Origin: an uncultured delta proteobacterium
GTDB lineage: Bacteria; Myxococcota; Kuafuiibacteriia; Kuafuiibacteriales; Kuafuiibacteriaceae
Length of the DNA stretch: 64,000 nucleotides
Assembly: GCA_963803435.1 (NCBI GenBank)
Contig: CAWDML010000003.1
Location: 992,001-1,056,000 of the forward strand
Reading direction: 5' to 3'
The first letter of the stretch is position 1, and every line of letters begins with the position of its first letter. The position numbers and the translations under genes were made by a program. The notes under the pieces are model-generated. The model made no database searches, had not been told where the DNA came from, and worked only from the letters and a program-made list of their open reading frames with translations. Positions 46,970 to 56,895 of the stretch are shown here, in pieces.

Positions 46970-49389
46970 GGCTCGCGATCTCGAGCTGCCTCTCGTTGGC
47001 GGTGCTCGGCGGGTGCCGGCTGAATCCGGAGTGCTTCGGCACCAGCGAGTGTCCGGACGGGACGTTCTGCTTCGAGCAGGAGTGCGTGCCGGCCTCGCCG
47101 GACGGCGGGACGTACACCTGGTGGGGCGACGTCGAGCCGATCGTGCGGGACCGCTGCCAGACCTGTCACGACAACCCGACGGCGAACGGGGCGCCGATCT
47201 CGCTGGTGACCTACGCCGACGTGACGGCGCAGGCGAGCACCGGCGTCCCAGTGCACCGGCAGATGTACGAGCGAGTGAAGTCGACGAGCACGCCCATGCC
47301 GCCGCCGCCCAACCCCGGCCTGTCGTCCTCCGAGATCGACATCTTCAAGACCTGGACGCGCGAGGGCGCGCCCGAGGGCGATCCACCGTTCACCTGGTAT
47401 CGGGACGTGCAGCCGATCGTGGCGGGCAACTGCCTCGGGTGCCACTCGGATCCGCCGCAGAACCAGGCGCCCATCCCGCTGGTGTCGTGGGAGAACACGC
47501 AGGTCACCGGGTCGACCAACGAGCCGGTGCACGTGATCATGGCCCGCCGGGTCGACGCGCAGATGAGCTTCATGCCGCCGACCGGACGGCTCCCGATCGG
47601 GCAGATCAACGTGATCCGGGCGTGGTCGCGGATCGGCGCGCCGCGGGGCCGGACCACCGAGCTGCCGGACGGCGGGCTGCCGGACGTCGGGATGCCCCAG
47701 ACGCCGAGCCCGCTCGAGGGCGTGGGGCAGCTGGATCAGATCTCGACCGGCTACGTGTTCCTCGACGGCCCGGACTGGCGCGCGCCCACCCGCGTGCTCG
47801 TGTTCGCGGACGTCACCGGCGACACGATCTATCAGCTGACGCCGCCCAGCACGGTGGTCCCGCTTCGAACGCCGAGCGGTCGCGCGGAGGGCCTGCGCTC
47901 GGACCCGGACGATCAGCTGGTGGCCGCTGAGCGCGAGAGCCGCTCGATCACGAGGACCGACGACCAGGGCACTGTCACGACGGTGACGGACCGCTACAAC
48001 GGCAACCGATTCAACTCCCCGAACGACATCGCCGTACGGCTGAGCGACGGCACCATCTACTTCACTGATCCGCCGCTCGGCCTCGACGGCCGGCCGCGCG
48101 AGATCAACTTCAACGGGCTGTTCCGGATCTCGCCGGCGGGCACCGTCACCGCCGAGTGGGAGGGCCCTGAAGGCTCCGAGCCGCACGGCCTCGATCTCTC
48201 TCCCGACGAGCGCACGCTCTATCTGTCGGACTCGCGGGACTCGGTGGTGCGGGCCTTCACGGTCAACCCGGACGGCACGCTCGCGAACGAGCGGATCTTC
48301 GTCTACACGGAGGCGTCGCCGGCAGGGATCGCACCGGACGAGAACGGCAACATCTTCGTGGCGACCGCCGCGGGCGTGCAGGTGTTCGCCGACAACGGTT
48401 GGGTGTGGGGCACGATCCCGATCCCGGAGCAGCCGACCAACCTGGCGTTCGGCGGCGACGATCGGCGCACGCTCTACGTCACCACCGCGTCGACGCTCTA
48501 CGCGATCTCGGTCCAGATCCCGGGGACGGACTGGAACCGCGCGATGCCGGACGCCGGCGCCAACCCGCTGGAGGGCGTGGGCGCGGCGGAGGCCTTCGGT
48601 CCGATGACGTACCAGTTCCTGGAGGGGCCCGACTGGGACGCGGCCAATCAAAGGCTGGTGTTCTCCGACATCAACGGGGACACCATCTACGAGTTCAGGG
48701 CGCCCGATCAGTTCAACGCGATCCGGAACCCCAGCAACATGGCGAACGGGCTGTTCGTGGAGCCGAGCGGCTCGATCCTGATGTGCGAGCACGGCGGGCG
48801 CCGCGTCGAGCGGCTGGGCACCGACATGGCGGTCTCGGTCGTCACGGACAACTACAACGGGATGATGTTCAACTCGCCCAACGACATCACCGAGCGCAGC
48901 GACGGGACGATCTACTTCTCGGATCCGGACTACGGGCTCGCCGGCCGGCCGATGGAGCTCAACTTCCAGGGCGTCTTCCGTCTGACGCCCGGAGGCGTGT
49001 TGACCGTCGAGTGGCAGGGCTCGCTGACCGAGCGCCCGAACGGGCTGGTGTTCTCGCCGGACGAGCAGATCCTCTACGTCACCGACACCGAGAATCGCCG
49101 CGTGTATCGCTTCGACGTGGGGACGGATGGGGCGCTGACCGGGATGGGGCTGTTCGTCGACGCGATGGGCGATACGCCCGACGGGCTCGCCATCGATCGC
49201 GACGGCAACGTCTATCTGGCCTCCAGCCTCGGGATCGAGGTCTACCGCCCCGACGGGACGCACTGGGGGAACATCCCGGTGGCCGAGGCGCCGTCCAACG
49301 TGGTGTTCGGTGGCGCGGAGCGACGGACGCTCTACATCACGACGCCGCACCGGCTGTATCGCGTCGACGTGCCGATCCCGGCGCCCTGA
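46966..49389 (+). CDS. Tandem paralog with the same heme/lactonase architecture
   Basis: Lipobox LGGC; shared NPECFGTSEC; CQTCH and CLGCH with MPP; NSPND, PNG and PDG motifs. Confidence 0.85.
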   Translation: MRLAISSCLSLAVLGGCRLNPECFGTSECPDGTFCFEQECVPASPDGGTYTWWGDVEPIVRDRCQTCHDNPTANGAPISLVTYADVTAQASTGVPVHRQMYERVKSTSTPMPPPPNPGLSSSEIDIFKTWTREGAPEGDPPFTWYRDVQPIVAGNCLGCHSDPPQNQAPIPLVSWENTQVTGSTNEPVHVIMARRVDAQMSFMPPTGRLPIGQINVIRAWSRIGAPRGRTTELPDGGLPDVGMPQTPSPLEGVGQLDQISTGYVFLDGPDWRAPTRVLVFADVTGDTIYQLTPPSTVVPLRTPSGRAEGLRSDPDDQLVAAERESRSITRTDDQGTVTTVTDRYNGNRFNSPNDIAVRLSDGTIYFTDPPLGLDGRPREINFNGLFRISPAGTVTAEWEGPEGSEPHGLDLSPDERTLYLSDSRDSVVRAFTVNPDGTLANERIFVYTEASPAGIAPDENGNIFVATAAGVQVFADNGWVWGTIPIPEQPTNLAFGGDDRRTLYVTTASTLYAISVQIPGTDWNRAMPDAGANPLEGVGAAEAFGPMTYQFLEGPDWDAANQRLVFSDINGDTIYEFRAPDQFNAIRNPSNMANGLFVEPSGSILMCEHGGRRVERLGTDMAVSVVTDNYNGMMFNSPNDITERSDGTIYFSDPDYGLAGRPMELNFQGVFRLTPGGVLTVEWQGSLTERPNGLVFSPDEQILYVTDTENRRVYRFDVGTDGALTGMGLFVDAMGDTPDGLAIDRDGNVYLASSLGIEVYRPDGTHWGNIPVAEAPSNVVFGGAERRTLYITTPHRLYRVDVPIPAP

Positions 49390-49393
49390 GCGA

Positions 49394-50752
49394 TCACTTC
49401 AGGAGCGACTTCACGTCGATCGCGTCCCAGAGCGCGGCCGGGAAGCTGTTCCGCGTGACGCTGCGGCGGTGCGTGAGGGAGCGCGTCGCGTCGATGCCGA
49501 GCTTCGCGACCTTGCCGTCCGCGCCGGGACAGGAGGGATCGAGCGGCGTGCCCTGGGCACCGGCGAGGATCCGGAGATCGCGGTCGGCCTGAACGTTGAG
49601 CGCCATCGCCGAGAGGACCTGGCGGAAGTCGTGGGCGTCGACATCGTCGTCCACCACGATCACCTGCTTCGCGTAGATGTCGCCGGACAGGATGGCGTCG
49701 ATGATCCGCTCGGGCTCGTCGTCGTCTTGCTTGGCGAGCGCGACGATCGCGGTCAGGGGCGCAGCCAGCACCACGCGCGTGACGTTCGGTGAGGCGCGGC
49801 GGGCGTCCTCCAGCGTCCGGTGCTCGATCCCGAGCATCGGCAGGACCAGGTGCTCCATCTGTCCGCTCACGACGTCCTGGAAGACGGCGTCGTCCCGGTG
49901 CGCGAGCAGGCTGACGGTGAGCACGGGCGACTCGGTCTTGCCGGTGCCGTAGCCGGTGAACTCGCCGAAGGGCCCCTCCTCGATCCGCTCCTCCGGGTCG
50001 ACCGTGCCCTCCAGCACGAACTCAGCGAACGCCGGCACGATCAGATCGGGCTGCGAGCGGGTGGCGGTCACCGGGAGCGCGTGTCCCAGCAGGCCTCCGA
50101 TGACGTCGTACTCCTCGATGTCGGGTGAGCCGGAGTAGAGCGCGCCGAGGGCCCAGGCGGGGTGCCAGCCGATGAAGGCGGCGACGGGCATGGGTACCCC
50201 GAGCGCCCGGTACTCTTCGAAGATGCGATCGAGGTGCTTCTTCTTCTCGATGAAGATCCCGGTCCGGTTCCGTCCCGCGATCATCAGGCGGTGGAAGCTG
50301 AGGTTGATCTTCTTCGTGCCCGGATCCCGCGCCGCCACGATCGCTGCCGTGAGATACGGCGCGCCGGCGTCGTGCTCGTGATAGACGAGCTGGGGAAGGA
50401 TCGAGAGGTCGACCTCGCCGCCCGTGAACACGCGGTCGTAGGCGGGGGCCTCGCCGCTCTCCTCGGGCCGGATCGGGTGCGCGCAGCCCTCGCTCCAGCG
50501 GGCCGAGAGCCCCTTGAGCGGGACGCCCATCGCCAGCGCCAGGCGGCCCTGTGAGCCCGCCACGGAGCTCACCATGGGGAAGGCGGTGCCCGTGACCCGT
50601 TCGAAGCGGACGATCGGGGTGCGCTGGCGATCCTCCAGCTTGGCCACGATGACGGCGGTCTCGTGGCGCGGGGAGACCTCGCGTTCGATCACCAGGAGGT
50701 CGCGCGGGCGCGCTGTCTTCACTTCGTCGAGGAACGTGCGCAGGTCGCTCAC
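49394..50752 (-). CDS. UbiD-family (prFMN-dependent) decarboxylase
   Basis: DLRTFLD, DLSILP...HEHDAGAPY, NLSFHR, EGPFGEFTGY, IVVDDDVD, PLDPS, KLGIDAT. GTG start at 50752. Confidence 0.92.
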   Translation of the reverse strand: MSDLRTFLDEVKTARPRDLLVIEREVSPRHETAVIVAKLEDRQRTPIVRFERVTGTAFPMVSSVAGSQGRLALAMGVPLKGLSARWSEGCAHPIRPEESGEAPAYDRVFTGGEVDLSILPQLVYHEHDAGAPYLTAAIVAARDPGTKKINLSFHRLMIAGRNRTGIFIEKKKHLDRIFEEYRALGVPMPVAAFIGWHPAWALGALYSGSPDIEEYDVIGGLLGHALPVTATRSQPDLIVPAFAEFVLEGTVDPEERIEEGPFGEFTGYGTGKTESPVLTVSLLAHRDDAVFQDVVSGQMEHLVLPMLGIEHRTLEDARRASPNVTRVVLAAPLTAIVALAKQDDDEPERIIDAILSGDIYAKQVIVVDDDVDAHDFRQVLSAMALNVQADRDLRILAGAQGTPLDPSCPGADGKVAKLGIDATRSLTHRRSVTRNSFPAALWDAIDVKSLLK

Positions 50753-52245
50753 AGATCCATCTTCTCTTGGACGATCTTGGTGACGGCGGGGCGATCGATC
50801 TTCCCCGAGTTGGTCTTGGGGAGGGCGTCGACCACGTGCAGGACCCGCGGGACCCGGACGAAGGACATCGACTTGAGGCAGTGATGCCGCAGCGTGGCGA
50901 GGTCGAGCGTCCGGCCGTCGCGGAGCGCGACGCATGCGACGATGCGCTCGCCGAGATCGCGATCGGGCACGCCCAGGACGCACGACTCCTTCACGTCGGG
51001 GTGGGCGTCGAGGACGTCCTCGATCTCCTTGGGGAAGATGCGCTCGCCCGACGACTTGATCATCTGGCTGCTGCGGCCCACCAGAAAGAGGAAGCCCTCC
51101 GGATCGAAGCGCCCCAGATCGCCGGTGCGCAGCCGGCCGCGCTCGTCGATCCGGCCCGAGCTTCGCTCGTCGCCCGAGACGTAGCCTCTCATGATGTGCG
51201 GGCCGCTGGCGACGACCTCCCCGATCTGGCCGTTCGCGACGGGCTCGCCGTCGTCGCCCACGACGTCGACCCGCGTGCCCGGGAGCGCGCGCCCGCACGA
51301 GCCTCGCTTCGCGAACACGTGATCCGGCCCGATGTACGTGATCCTCGGCGAGGCCTCGGTCTGCCCGTACGCGAGGTGGACCCCGACGTTGGGCAGGGCC
51401 GCCCTCAGCTGATCGAGCTCATCGACCGAGAGGGCGCCGCCGGTGATCAGGACGTACTTCAGGTCCGGGAGGCTGGCGTTGGCGAACGGCTTCATCAGCT
51501 GCTTGAAGTGGTAGGGGACGCCGGAGAAGCCGCTGACGCCGTGGTGTGCGATCTCGTCCACCACCTGCTTGGGGAAGTGGAAGCCCGCCGAGAAGCAGAG
51601 CCGGCCGCCGACCAGCGCGTGCGTCAGGAGCTGCATCCGGCCGTGGATGAACGAGAGCGGCACCAGCACCAGGATGCTGTCCTCGTGCGTCAGCTTCACC
51701 CACTCGTTGGCCGCGCTGACGTTCGAGATCAGGTTCGTGTGCGAGAGCATCACCCCCTTGGGACGGCCGGTGCTCCCCGAGGTGTAGATGATGAGCGCCG
51801 GATCGTCCGGTGACACGGCCGGACGCTCGAGGCGCGGGGGGCTCGGGAGATCCGACAGCTCGCTCAGCACGCGAGCGGGCGCGTGGTGGAGGCCGTCCGG
51901 GCCCATCTTCTCGAGCAGCTTCGGCTGCGCCAGCAGCGCGCTCGGCCGGGACTCCTCGAGGATGCCGTCGATCGTGTCGCGCGCCGCCAGGTGCGGGACG
52001 TCGACCACCTGGGCACCGAGACGCTGCACGCCCCAGAAGGCGAGCAGGGCCGGCGGCTCGTTCTCCCAGAGGATGGCCACGCGATCGCCCGGCTTCACGC
52101 CCTGGGATGCAAGGTGGCCTGCGATCCGGCCGGCCTCTTCCTCGAGCTCCGCCCAGGTGAAGCGGACCTCCTTGGGAAAGACCGCCGCCTCCCGGTCGGG
52201 CAGCTTCTCGGCGGCGGACGCCAGCAGGTCGAGGAGGAGCATCAC
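50749..52245 (-). CDS. Class I adenylate-forming enzyme (acyl-AMP ligase)
   Basis: YTSGSTGRPKG, YGQTE, TGDLG, GR...IKSSG, PKTNSGK. Confidence 0.93.
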   Translation of the reverse strand: MMLLLDLLASAAEKLPDREAAVFPKEVRFTWAELEEEAGRIAGHLASQGVKPGDRVAILWENEPPALLAFWGVQRLGAQVVDVPHLAARDTIDGILEESRPSALLAQPKLLEKMGPDGLHHAPARVLSELSDLPSPPRLERPAVSPDDPALIIYTSGSTGRPKGVMLSHTNLISNVSAANEWVKLTHEDSILVLVPLSFIHGRMQLLTHALVGGRLCFSAGFHFPKQVVDEIAHHGVSGFSGVPYHFKQLMKPFANASLPDLKYVLITGGALSVDELDQLRAALPNVGVHLAYGQTEASPRITYIGPDHVFAKRGSCGRALPGTRVDVVGDDGEPVANGQIGEVVASGPHIMRGYVSGDERSSGRIDERGRLRTGDLGRFDPEGFLFLVGRSSQMIKSSGERIFPKEIEDVLDAHPDVKESCVLGVPDRDLGERIVACVALRDGRTLDLATLRHHCLKSMSFVRVPRVLHVVDALPKTNSGKIDRPAVTKIVQEKMDL

Positions 52246-52481
52246 TTCGTGCGTTGCTTCTCGATGAACTGGGCCAGGCGCGCCACGGTCCCGAACTGGT
52301 CGGGCGTGATGTCGTCGAGCTCCACCTGGAAGCCGTAGTTGTCTTCCATCCAGACCACGAGCTCCATCACGGCGGTCGAGTCGACGATCTCCGTGAGGTC
52401 TGAGTGCTGCGTCAGGCCCTTCGCGGAGCTGGCGAGCTGGGTGCCGATGTATTGGATCAGAGCCTCCTCGATCGAGGACAT
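52242..52481 (-). CDS. Acyl/aminoacyl carrier protein
   Basis: 79 aa, acidic, with VDSTAVMELV phosphopantetheine site and DltC-like DITPDQFGTV. Confidence 0.88.
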   Translation of the reverse strand: MSSIEEALIQYIGTQLASSAKGLTQHSDLTEIVDSTAVMELVVWMEDNYGFQVELDDITPDQFGTVARLAQFIEKQRTK

Positions 52482-52493
52482 GCCGTGGTCATA

Positions 52494-53933
52494 CTAGAAG
52501 CGATACGCGACCGCTAGAGTGCTCTTGAGCTCGAGCAGACCGAGCGCAGCGTTCTCGAGATCTTGCTCGCCAGGCGGAACGGCCCGGGTGGGACGCTCCG
52601 AAAACGCCACACGGTCGAACCCGAGGCGGCTGTCCAGCGAGAGCCCGAGGCCGGCGAAGAGCCACACGCGGACGGCGAAGCGGCCGCCGGCGGTGAAGCC
52701 GCCCCGGCTCCTCCCCGTGTCGGTCGGACGCTCCCGGTAGAGCGGGATGTAGCCGCCGTGCCCGCCCGCCTCGATCTCGAGCACGCGACCGATCGGGATT
52801 CGGAGCGACAGGGCCGCGACGACCGCGAGGGCGGTGGCTTCGGGGATGACGTCGAGCGGGTGTTCCTCGACCGAGGCGATCGAGAGGTGGGCGCCGAGTC
52901 CGGGGATCAGCACCGGCGCGTCGGCGGCGCCGAACGCGAACGGATAGATGATCAGCGCGAACATGTCGAAGATGGTGCCGCGCGGCCGGCTCGAGCCCTC
53001 ACCGGTGTCGATGGCGTAGCGGACCGGTTGCAGCCCGAGGTCGACAGCGACGCCGAGGCCGGCGTCGGGGATCACGAACTCGCCGCCGAGCTCGAACAGC
53101 GAGGTGGGCCCGAGGCGATAGGACAGCGACGAGTCGCCAATCGCCTCGGCGGTGACCTGCACCGAGCGGATCCAGCCGGAGCCGGCGCCCAGGCGGACGC
53201 GGCCGAGGGCGGTGCGCGACACCGGCGCGTCGGGCTCGGGGTCGGGCTCGGGCTCCGGCTCGGGGGCGACGATCCGCTCGAGCGGCGGCGGGGGATCGGA
53301 GGCGGCCAGCTCGACCGGCTCCGGCGGTGGTGGATCCGGCGGGGGATCATCCGCGATCTCGGGCTCGGGCTCGGGCTCGGGCTCGCGGTCGGCGATGGGG
53401 ATCGGTGGCGCGTCGCTGGTCTCGGGGGCCTCGGGTGAGATGCGCGCGAGCGCCTCGGCTGCGATCGCCTCGGCCGCCGCCCCGGCTCCACCGCGCCCGT
53501 AGCGCCGGGCGAATCGCAGCGACACCACGCCCGTGTCGGCGTCGATCAGCCGGGCCTTGACCGTGAACGGCGGATCGCCGGTCACCTTGGCGAGGGAGAC
53601 CAACAGGAGCCAGCGCGCCCCGGCGGTCCGGGCTGCCTTTGCAAGATAGCCTGCATTGCGCGCCTTCTTGCCGCGAAGACGCAGCCGCCGCTTCCGGATC
53701 GCGAAGTCACCCTGCGGTATCAGGGCGACCTTGCCGGCCAGCGTGCCCTCCAGCGTGGACTGGACCTTGTCGCGGCCCAGCCGCTCCGGGCCGATGGTCT
53801 CGACCACCCAGCGGCCCGCGTCCGGAACGGCGGCCATCAAGACCACCACGGCGCTCCACACGAAACCGGCCATGAAGTCGTGCATTGTACGACGGAACCG
53901 CACGTCGCATCCCGCCCGGACTCTCACTACCAT
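52494..53933 (-). CDS. Secreted protein: N-domain, EP/Pro linker, probable outer-membrane beta-barrel
   Basis: (EP)n linker; amphipathic strands ending LAVAYRF. The start is probably near 53885-53873. Confidence 0.6.
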   Translation of the reverse strand: MVVRVRAGCDVRFRRTMHDFMAGFVWSAVVVLMAAVPDAGRWVVETIGPERLGRDKVQSTLEGTLAGKVALIPQGDFAIRKRRLRLRGKKARNAGYLAKAARTAGARWLLLVSLAKVTGDPPFTVKARLIDADTGVVSLRFARRYGRGGAGAAAEAIAAEALARISPEAPETSDAPPIPIADREPEPEPEPEIADDPPPDPPPPEPVELAASDPPPPLERIVAPEPEPEPDPEPDAPVSRTALGRVRLGAGSGWIRSVQVTAEAIGDSSLSYRLGPTSLFELGGEFVIPDAGLGVAVDLGLQPVRYAIDTGEGSSRPRGTIFDMFALIIYPFAFGAADAPVLIPGLGAHLSIASVEEHPLDVIPEATALAVVAALSLRIPIGRVLEIEAGGHGGYIPLYRERPTDTGRSRGGFTAGGRFAVRVWLFAGLGLSLDSRLGFDRVAFSERPTRAVPPGEQDLENAALGLLELKSTLAVAYRF

Positions 53934-55288
53934 CCGCGGTCGTGCTGCGGTTCATCTGGCCGGCCGCGCTCCTGTTGGGCTGCGTGCCCGAGGGAATCCA
54001 GTATCCGAACCCCACCGACGGGGGAACGTCGCCCGACGCCGAGACGATGGTCGACGGGGACGCAGGTCCACCCGGCGACAGCGGTGGGGTCCCGGACAGC
54101 GGTCCGGCCGGCCAGCTCGTGATCCGCGCGGGCGGCGTGCCGGTCGATCCCGGCGGCACCTTCGACTTCGGCCCCCTCGGCGTGGGCGGTACGCGCACCG
54201 TGGTGTTCACGATCGACAACGGTACCGCGGCGGCGGTGACGCTGACCGGCTCGCCGCCGGTCGCGATCTCTGGGGCTGGGGCCGCCGCCTTCACGGCGAC
54301 GCCGCCGTCGGCCACCTCCGTCGCCCCGGGCGCGAGCGCCGACTTCTCCATCGCCGCCGCACCGACCGCCACCGGTCCGCTCTCCGCGGCGGTCAGCGTC
54401 GCCTACGACGGCGGCGCCTACGACTTCAGTGTCTCGGTGACGGGACGCCCGCCGGGCGTCTGGGTGGGCGTCGGCAACAACGGCCGGCGCGCGCTGTCCC
54501 TCGACGGCGCCGCCTGGTCGAACGAGCAGACGTTCGGCGGCAGCGACGACTCGAACCTGTTCCGGACCGTCGGCTTCGGCAACGGCGTGTTCGTCGCCGC
54601 TGGCGGCGGGCAGAACGGCCTCCTGTATTGGAGCGAGAACGGCGTCGACTGGACCGACGCCAGCGACACGCTGGGATGGTTCGGCGGGATCGCGTTCGGC
54701 AACGGAATGTTCCTGGCCGTGGGGTCGAATGGGCGCTATCTCACCAGCACCAACGGCAAGAGCTGGGGCGGCGGGGATCGCGACTTCGCGCAGCACTTCC
54801 GCGCCGTCGCGTTCGGCAACGGGGAGTTCGTGCTGGTGGGCGACGAGGGTCGGCGCACCAGCACCACGAACGGCGCCGACTTCACACCGACCGTGCTGGG
54901 CGGTGATCGACTCACGGCGGTCGTCTACACCGGCGATCGATTCGTGGCGGTGGGCCTCAACGGCCGCCGCGTGGTCTCGATGGACGGCGAGAGCTGGATG
55001 TTCGATCAGATCGCCACCGACGGGCTTGGGTTCTTCGACGTGGCCTATGGCAACGGTCGCGTCATCGCCGTCGGCGGCATTGGCGTGGTGGTATCGGAGG
55101 ACGGCGGCGAGACGTGGACGCAGGATCGCGGCGCTCCGCTCATGAACGCGTTGACCTACGGCAACGGACAGTTCGTCGGCACGGGCGACTTCGACGGGGT
55201 TGTCTTCACCTCGGGCGACGGCGTCAGCTGGACCCGCCACGACAACGCGGGCCCCGCCGGGTTCACCAAGATCGCCTACGGTGAGTGA
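53885..55288 (+). CDS. Lipoprotein with an Ig-like domain and a beta-propeller
   Basis: LLGC lipobox; FDFG...FTIDN.T...TLTG; repeated VAFGNG.FVAVG...S.DG.SW. The true start is probably downstream of 53885. Confidence 0.75.
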   Translation: MYDGTARRIPPGLSLPSAVVLRFIWPAALLLGCVPEGIQYPNPTDGGTSPDAETMVDGDAGPPGDSGGVPDSGPAGQLVIRAGGVPVDPGGTFDFGPLGVGGTRTVVFTIDNGTAAAVTLTGSPPVAISGAGAAAFTATPPSATSVAPGASADFSIAAAPTATGPLSAAVSVAYDGGAYDFSVSVTGRPPGVWVGVGNNGRRALSLDGAAWSNEQTFGGSDDSNLFRTVGFGNGVFVAAGGGQNGLLYWSENGVDWTDASDTLGWFGGIAFGNGMFLAVGSNGRYLTSTNGKSWGGGDRDFAQHFRAVAFGNGEFVLVGDEGRRTSTTNGADFTPTVLGGDRLTAVVYTGDRFVAVGLNGRRVVSMDGESWMFDQIATDGLGFFDVAYGNGRVIAVGGIGVVVSEDGGETWTQDRGAPLMNALTYGNGQFVGTGDFDGVVFTSGDGVSWTRHDNAGPAGFTKIAYGE

Positions 55289-56808
55289 GCCGCCAGCGGG
55301 GGGATGCCGTCCGCCGACAGCAGCTGCCGCTTCAAGCGCTTGGCCACGAAGATGCCGAGCGGGATCAGGAGCACGGTGCCGGCGGCCGCGGTCGACAGCT
55401 CGACGCGGATCGGGATGAAGCGCCGGAGCAGGTAGGGGAGGCCGGCGCCGAGGAATGCCAGCACGAAGCCGAGCAGGGTCCACTTGGCGTCGCCCTTGGC
55501 CGCCGGGATCCCGTGGCGGCGCAGCTGCAGGACGACCACGATCTGCCCGCACATCGAGCCCATGCCCATGCCCACCAGGAAGCCGCCCAGTCCGAACAGG
55601 TGGAACAGCCCGAGCGCCGAGCACGCCGATACGGTCAGCTTGATGAGGTTGGCGAAGGCCTGGCTCTGGGCGTCACCGACCGCCAGCAGCGCCTTCGAGT
55701 GGGCCTCCTGAAGGTGGAGGAACCAGGTCCCGATCATCGCGATCTGCACCATCCAGCCGGCGTCGAGATAGCGATTGTCGTAGAAGACCCAGTAGAAGGC
55801 CGGGGCGAAGAACACCATCCCGAGGATCGCGAACAGCCCCGCCGAGAGGACCAGCTTCTGGCCGTGGAGGAAGTACGCGTTGAGCGTCGCCGGATCCTTG
55901 CGGGCGCCTTCCGAGAGCGCGGGCAGGAGCACCGAGCCCACCACCATGCCGGCGACCTCGATCGGGATGAACGCGAGCGTGGCGGCCAGGTAATAGACGC
56001 CGACGTCGCCGAGGTTGAGGAGCTTGCCGAGGAGCAGGTAGTCGAGGCGGTTCGCGAGATACGTGACCAGCGTGGAGAGGAAGATCCACTTGCCGAAGCC
56101 GAAGATCGCCCGCGCCGCCTCCGGCTCGAGCTGGAAGCGGTTGCGGATGCCGGGGAGGATCGTGTGCGTGAGCATCGTGCGCACGCCCGCCGCGGTGACC
56201 GAGCCGACCACGAGCGCCCAGACGCTCCGGTAGACATACGCGAACGAGATCATGACCACCATCGCGCACGCCTGGCTGGTCATCTCGACGGCGACCACCC
56301 GCCCGAGCCGGATCTTCCGTCGCATGCTGGCGATGTTGGTGGAGTCGAACCCGTTGAAGAGGGCCGAGATGCAGGCCACCGGGGCCAACGTGAGCAGGTT
56401 GGGCTGCTCGTAGAAGAGGGAGAGCGGGTACGCGAAGAGGAGGCCGAGGAGCAAGAGCGACACACCCCGCATGACCTGGATCGTCCAGGCCGTGTTGAGG
56501 AAGACCGGCTCGTCGCCCCGCTTGTGCTGGATGATGTTCGGCAGGATCCCGACGTCGGAGATCATGCTCAGACCCATGACGAGGAAGTTCACCATCGTCA
56601 TCAGGCCGAACGCCTCCGGGAACAGGAGGCGCGACAGGACCATGTTGCTGATCAACCGCAGCATCTTGCTGCCGCCCTGGCCGAAGAGGCTGATCAGGGT
56701 GCCCCGGATGACCCGCTGCTTGATGTTCTCCTTGGGGGCTTCGACGACGACCGGGGTGGGAGGATCCAACACCGCAGGCTGATCGAAGGGGTCGGGGGCG
56801 CTGCTCAT
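55276..56808 (-). CDS. Oligosaccharide flippase (Wzx family)
   Basis: LSRLLFPEAFGL, SDVGI..IIQ, TAWT, FGKWIF, DYLLLGK, GVYYLA; multi-TM. Confidence 0.9.
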   Translation of the reverse strand: MSSAPDPFDQPAVLDPPTPVVVEAPKENIKQRVIRGTLISLFGQGGSKMLRLISNMVLSRLLFPEAFGLMTMVNFLVMGLSMISDVGILPNIIQHKRGDEPVFLNTAWTIQVMRGVSLLLLGLLFAYPLSLFYEQPNLLTLAPVACISALFNGFDSTNIASMRRKIRLGRVVAVEMTSQACAMVVMISFAYVYRSVWALVVGSVTAAGVRTMLTHTILPGIRNRFQLEPEAARAIFGFGKWIFLSTLVTYLANRLDYLLLGKLLNLGDVGVYYLAATLAFIPIEVAGMVVGSVLLPALSEGARKDPATLNAYFLHGQKLVLSAGLFAILGMVFFAPAFYWVFYDNRYLDAGWMVQIAMIGTWFLHLQEAHSKALLAVGDAQSQAFANLIKLTVSACSALGLFHLFGLGGFLVGMGMGSMCGQIVVVLQLRRHGIPAAKGDAKWTLLGFVLAFLGAGLPYLLRRFIPIRVELSTAAAGTVLLIPLGIFVAKRLKRQLLSADGIPPLAAHSP

Positions 56809-56895
56809 TCCTCGTTACAACCGCGCTCGGCGCCGGTGCGCTTCGCGTGGCCTCAACAATGACAGACAGGACCTCGGGATCCCAGCGGCGAATCG

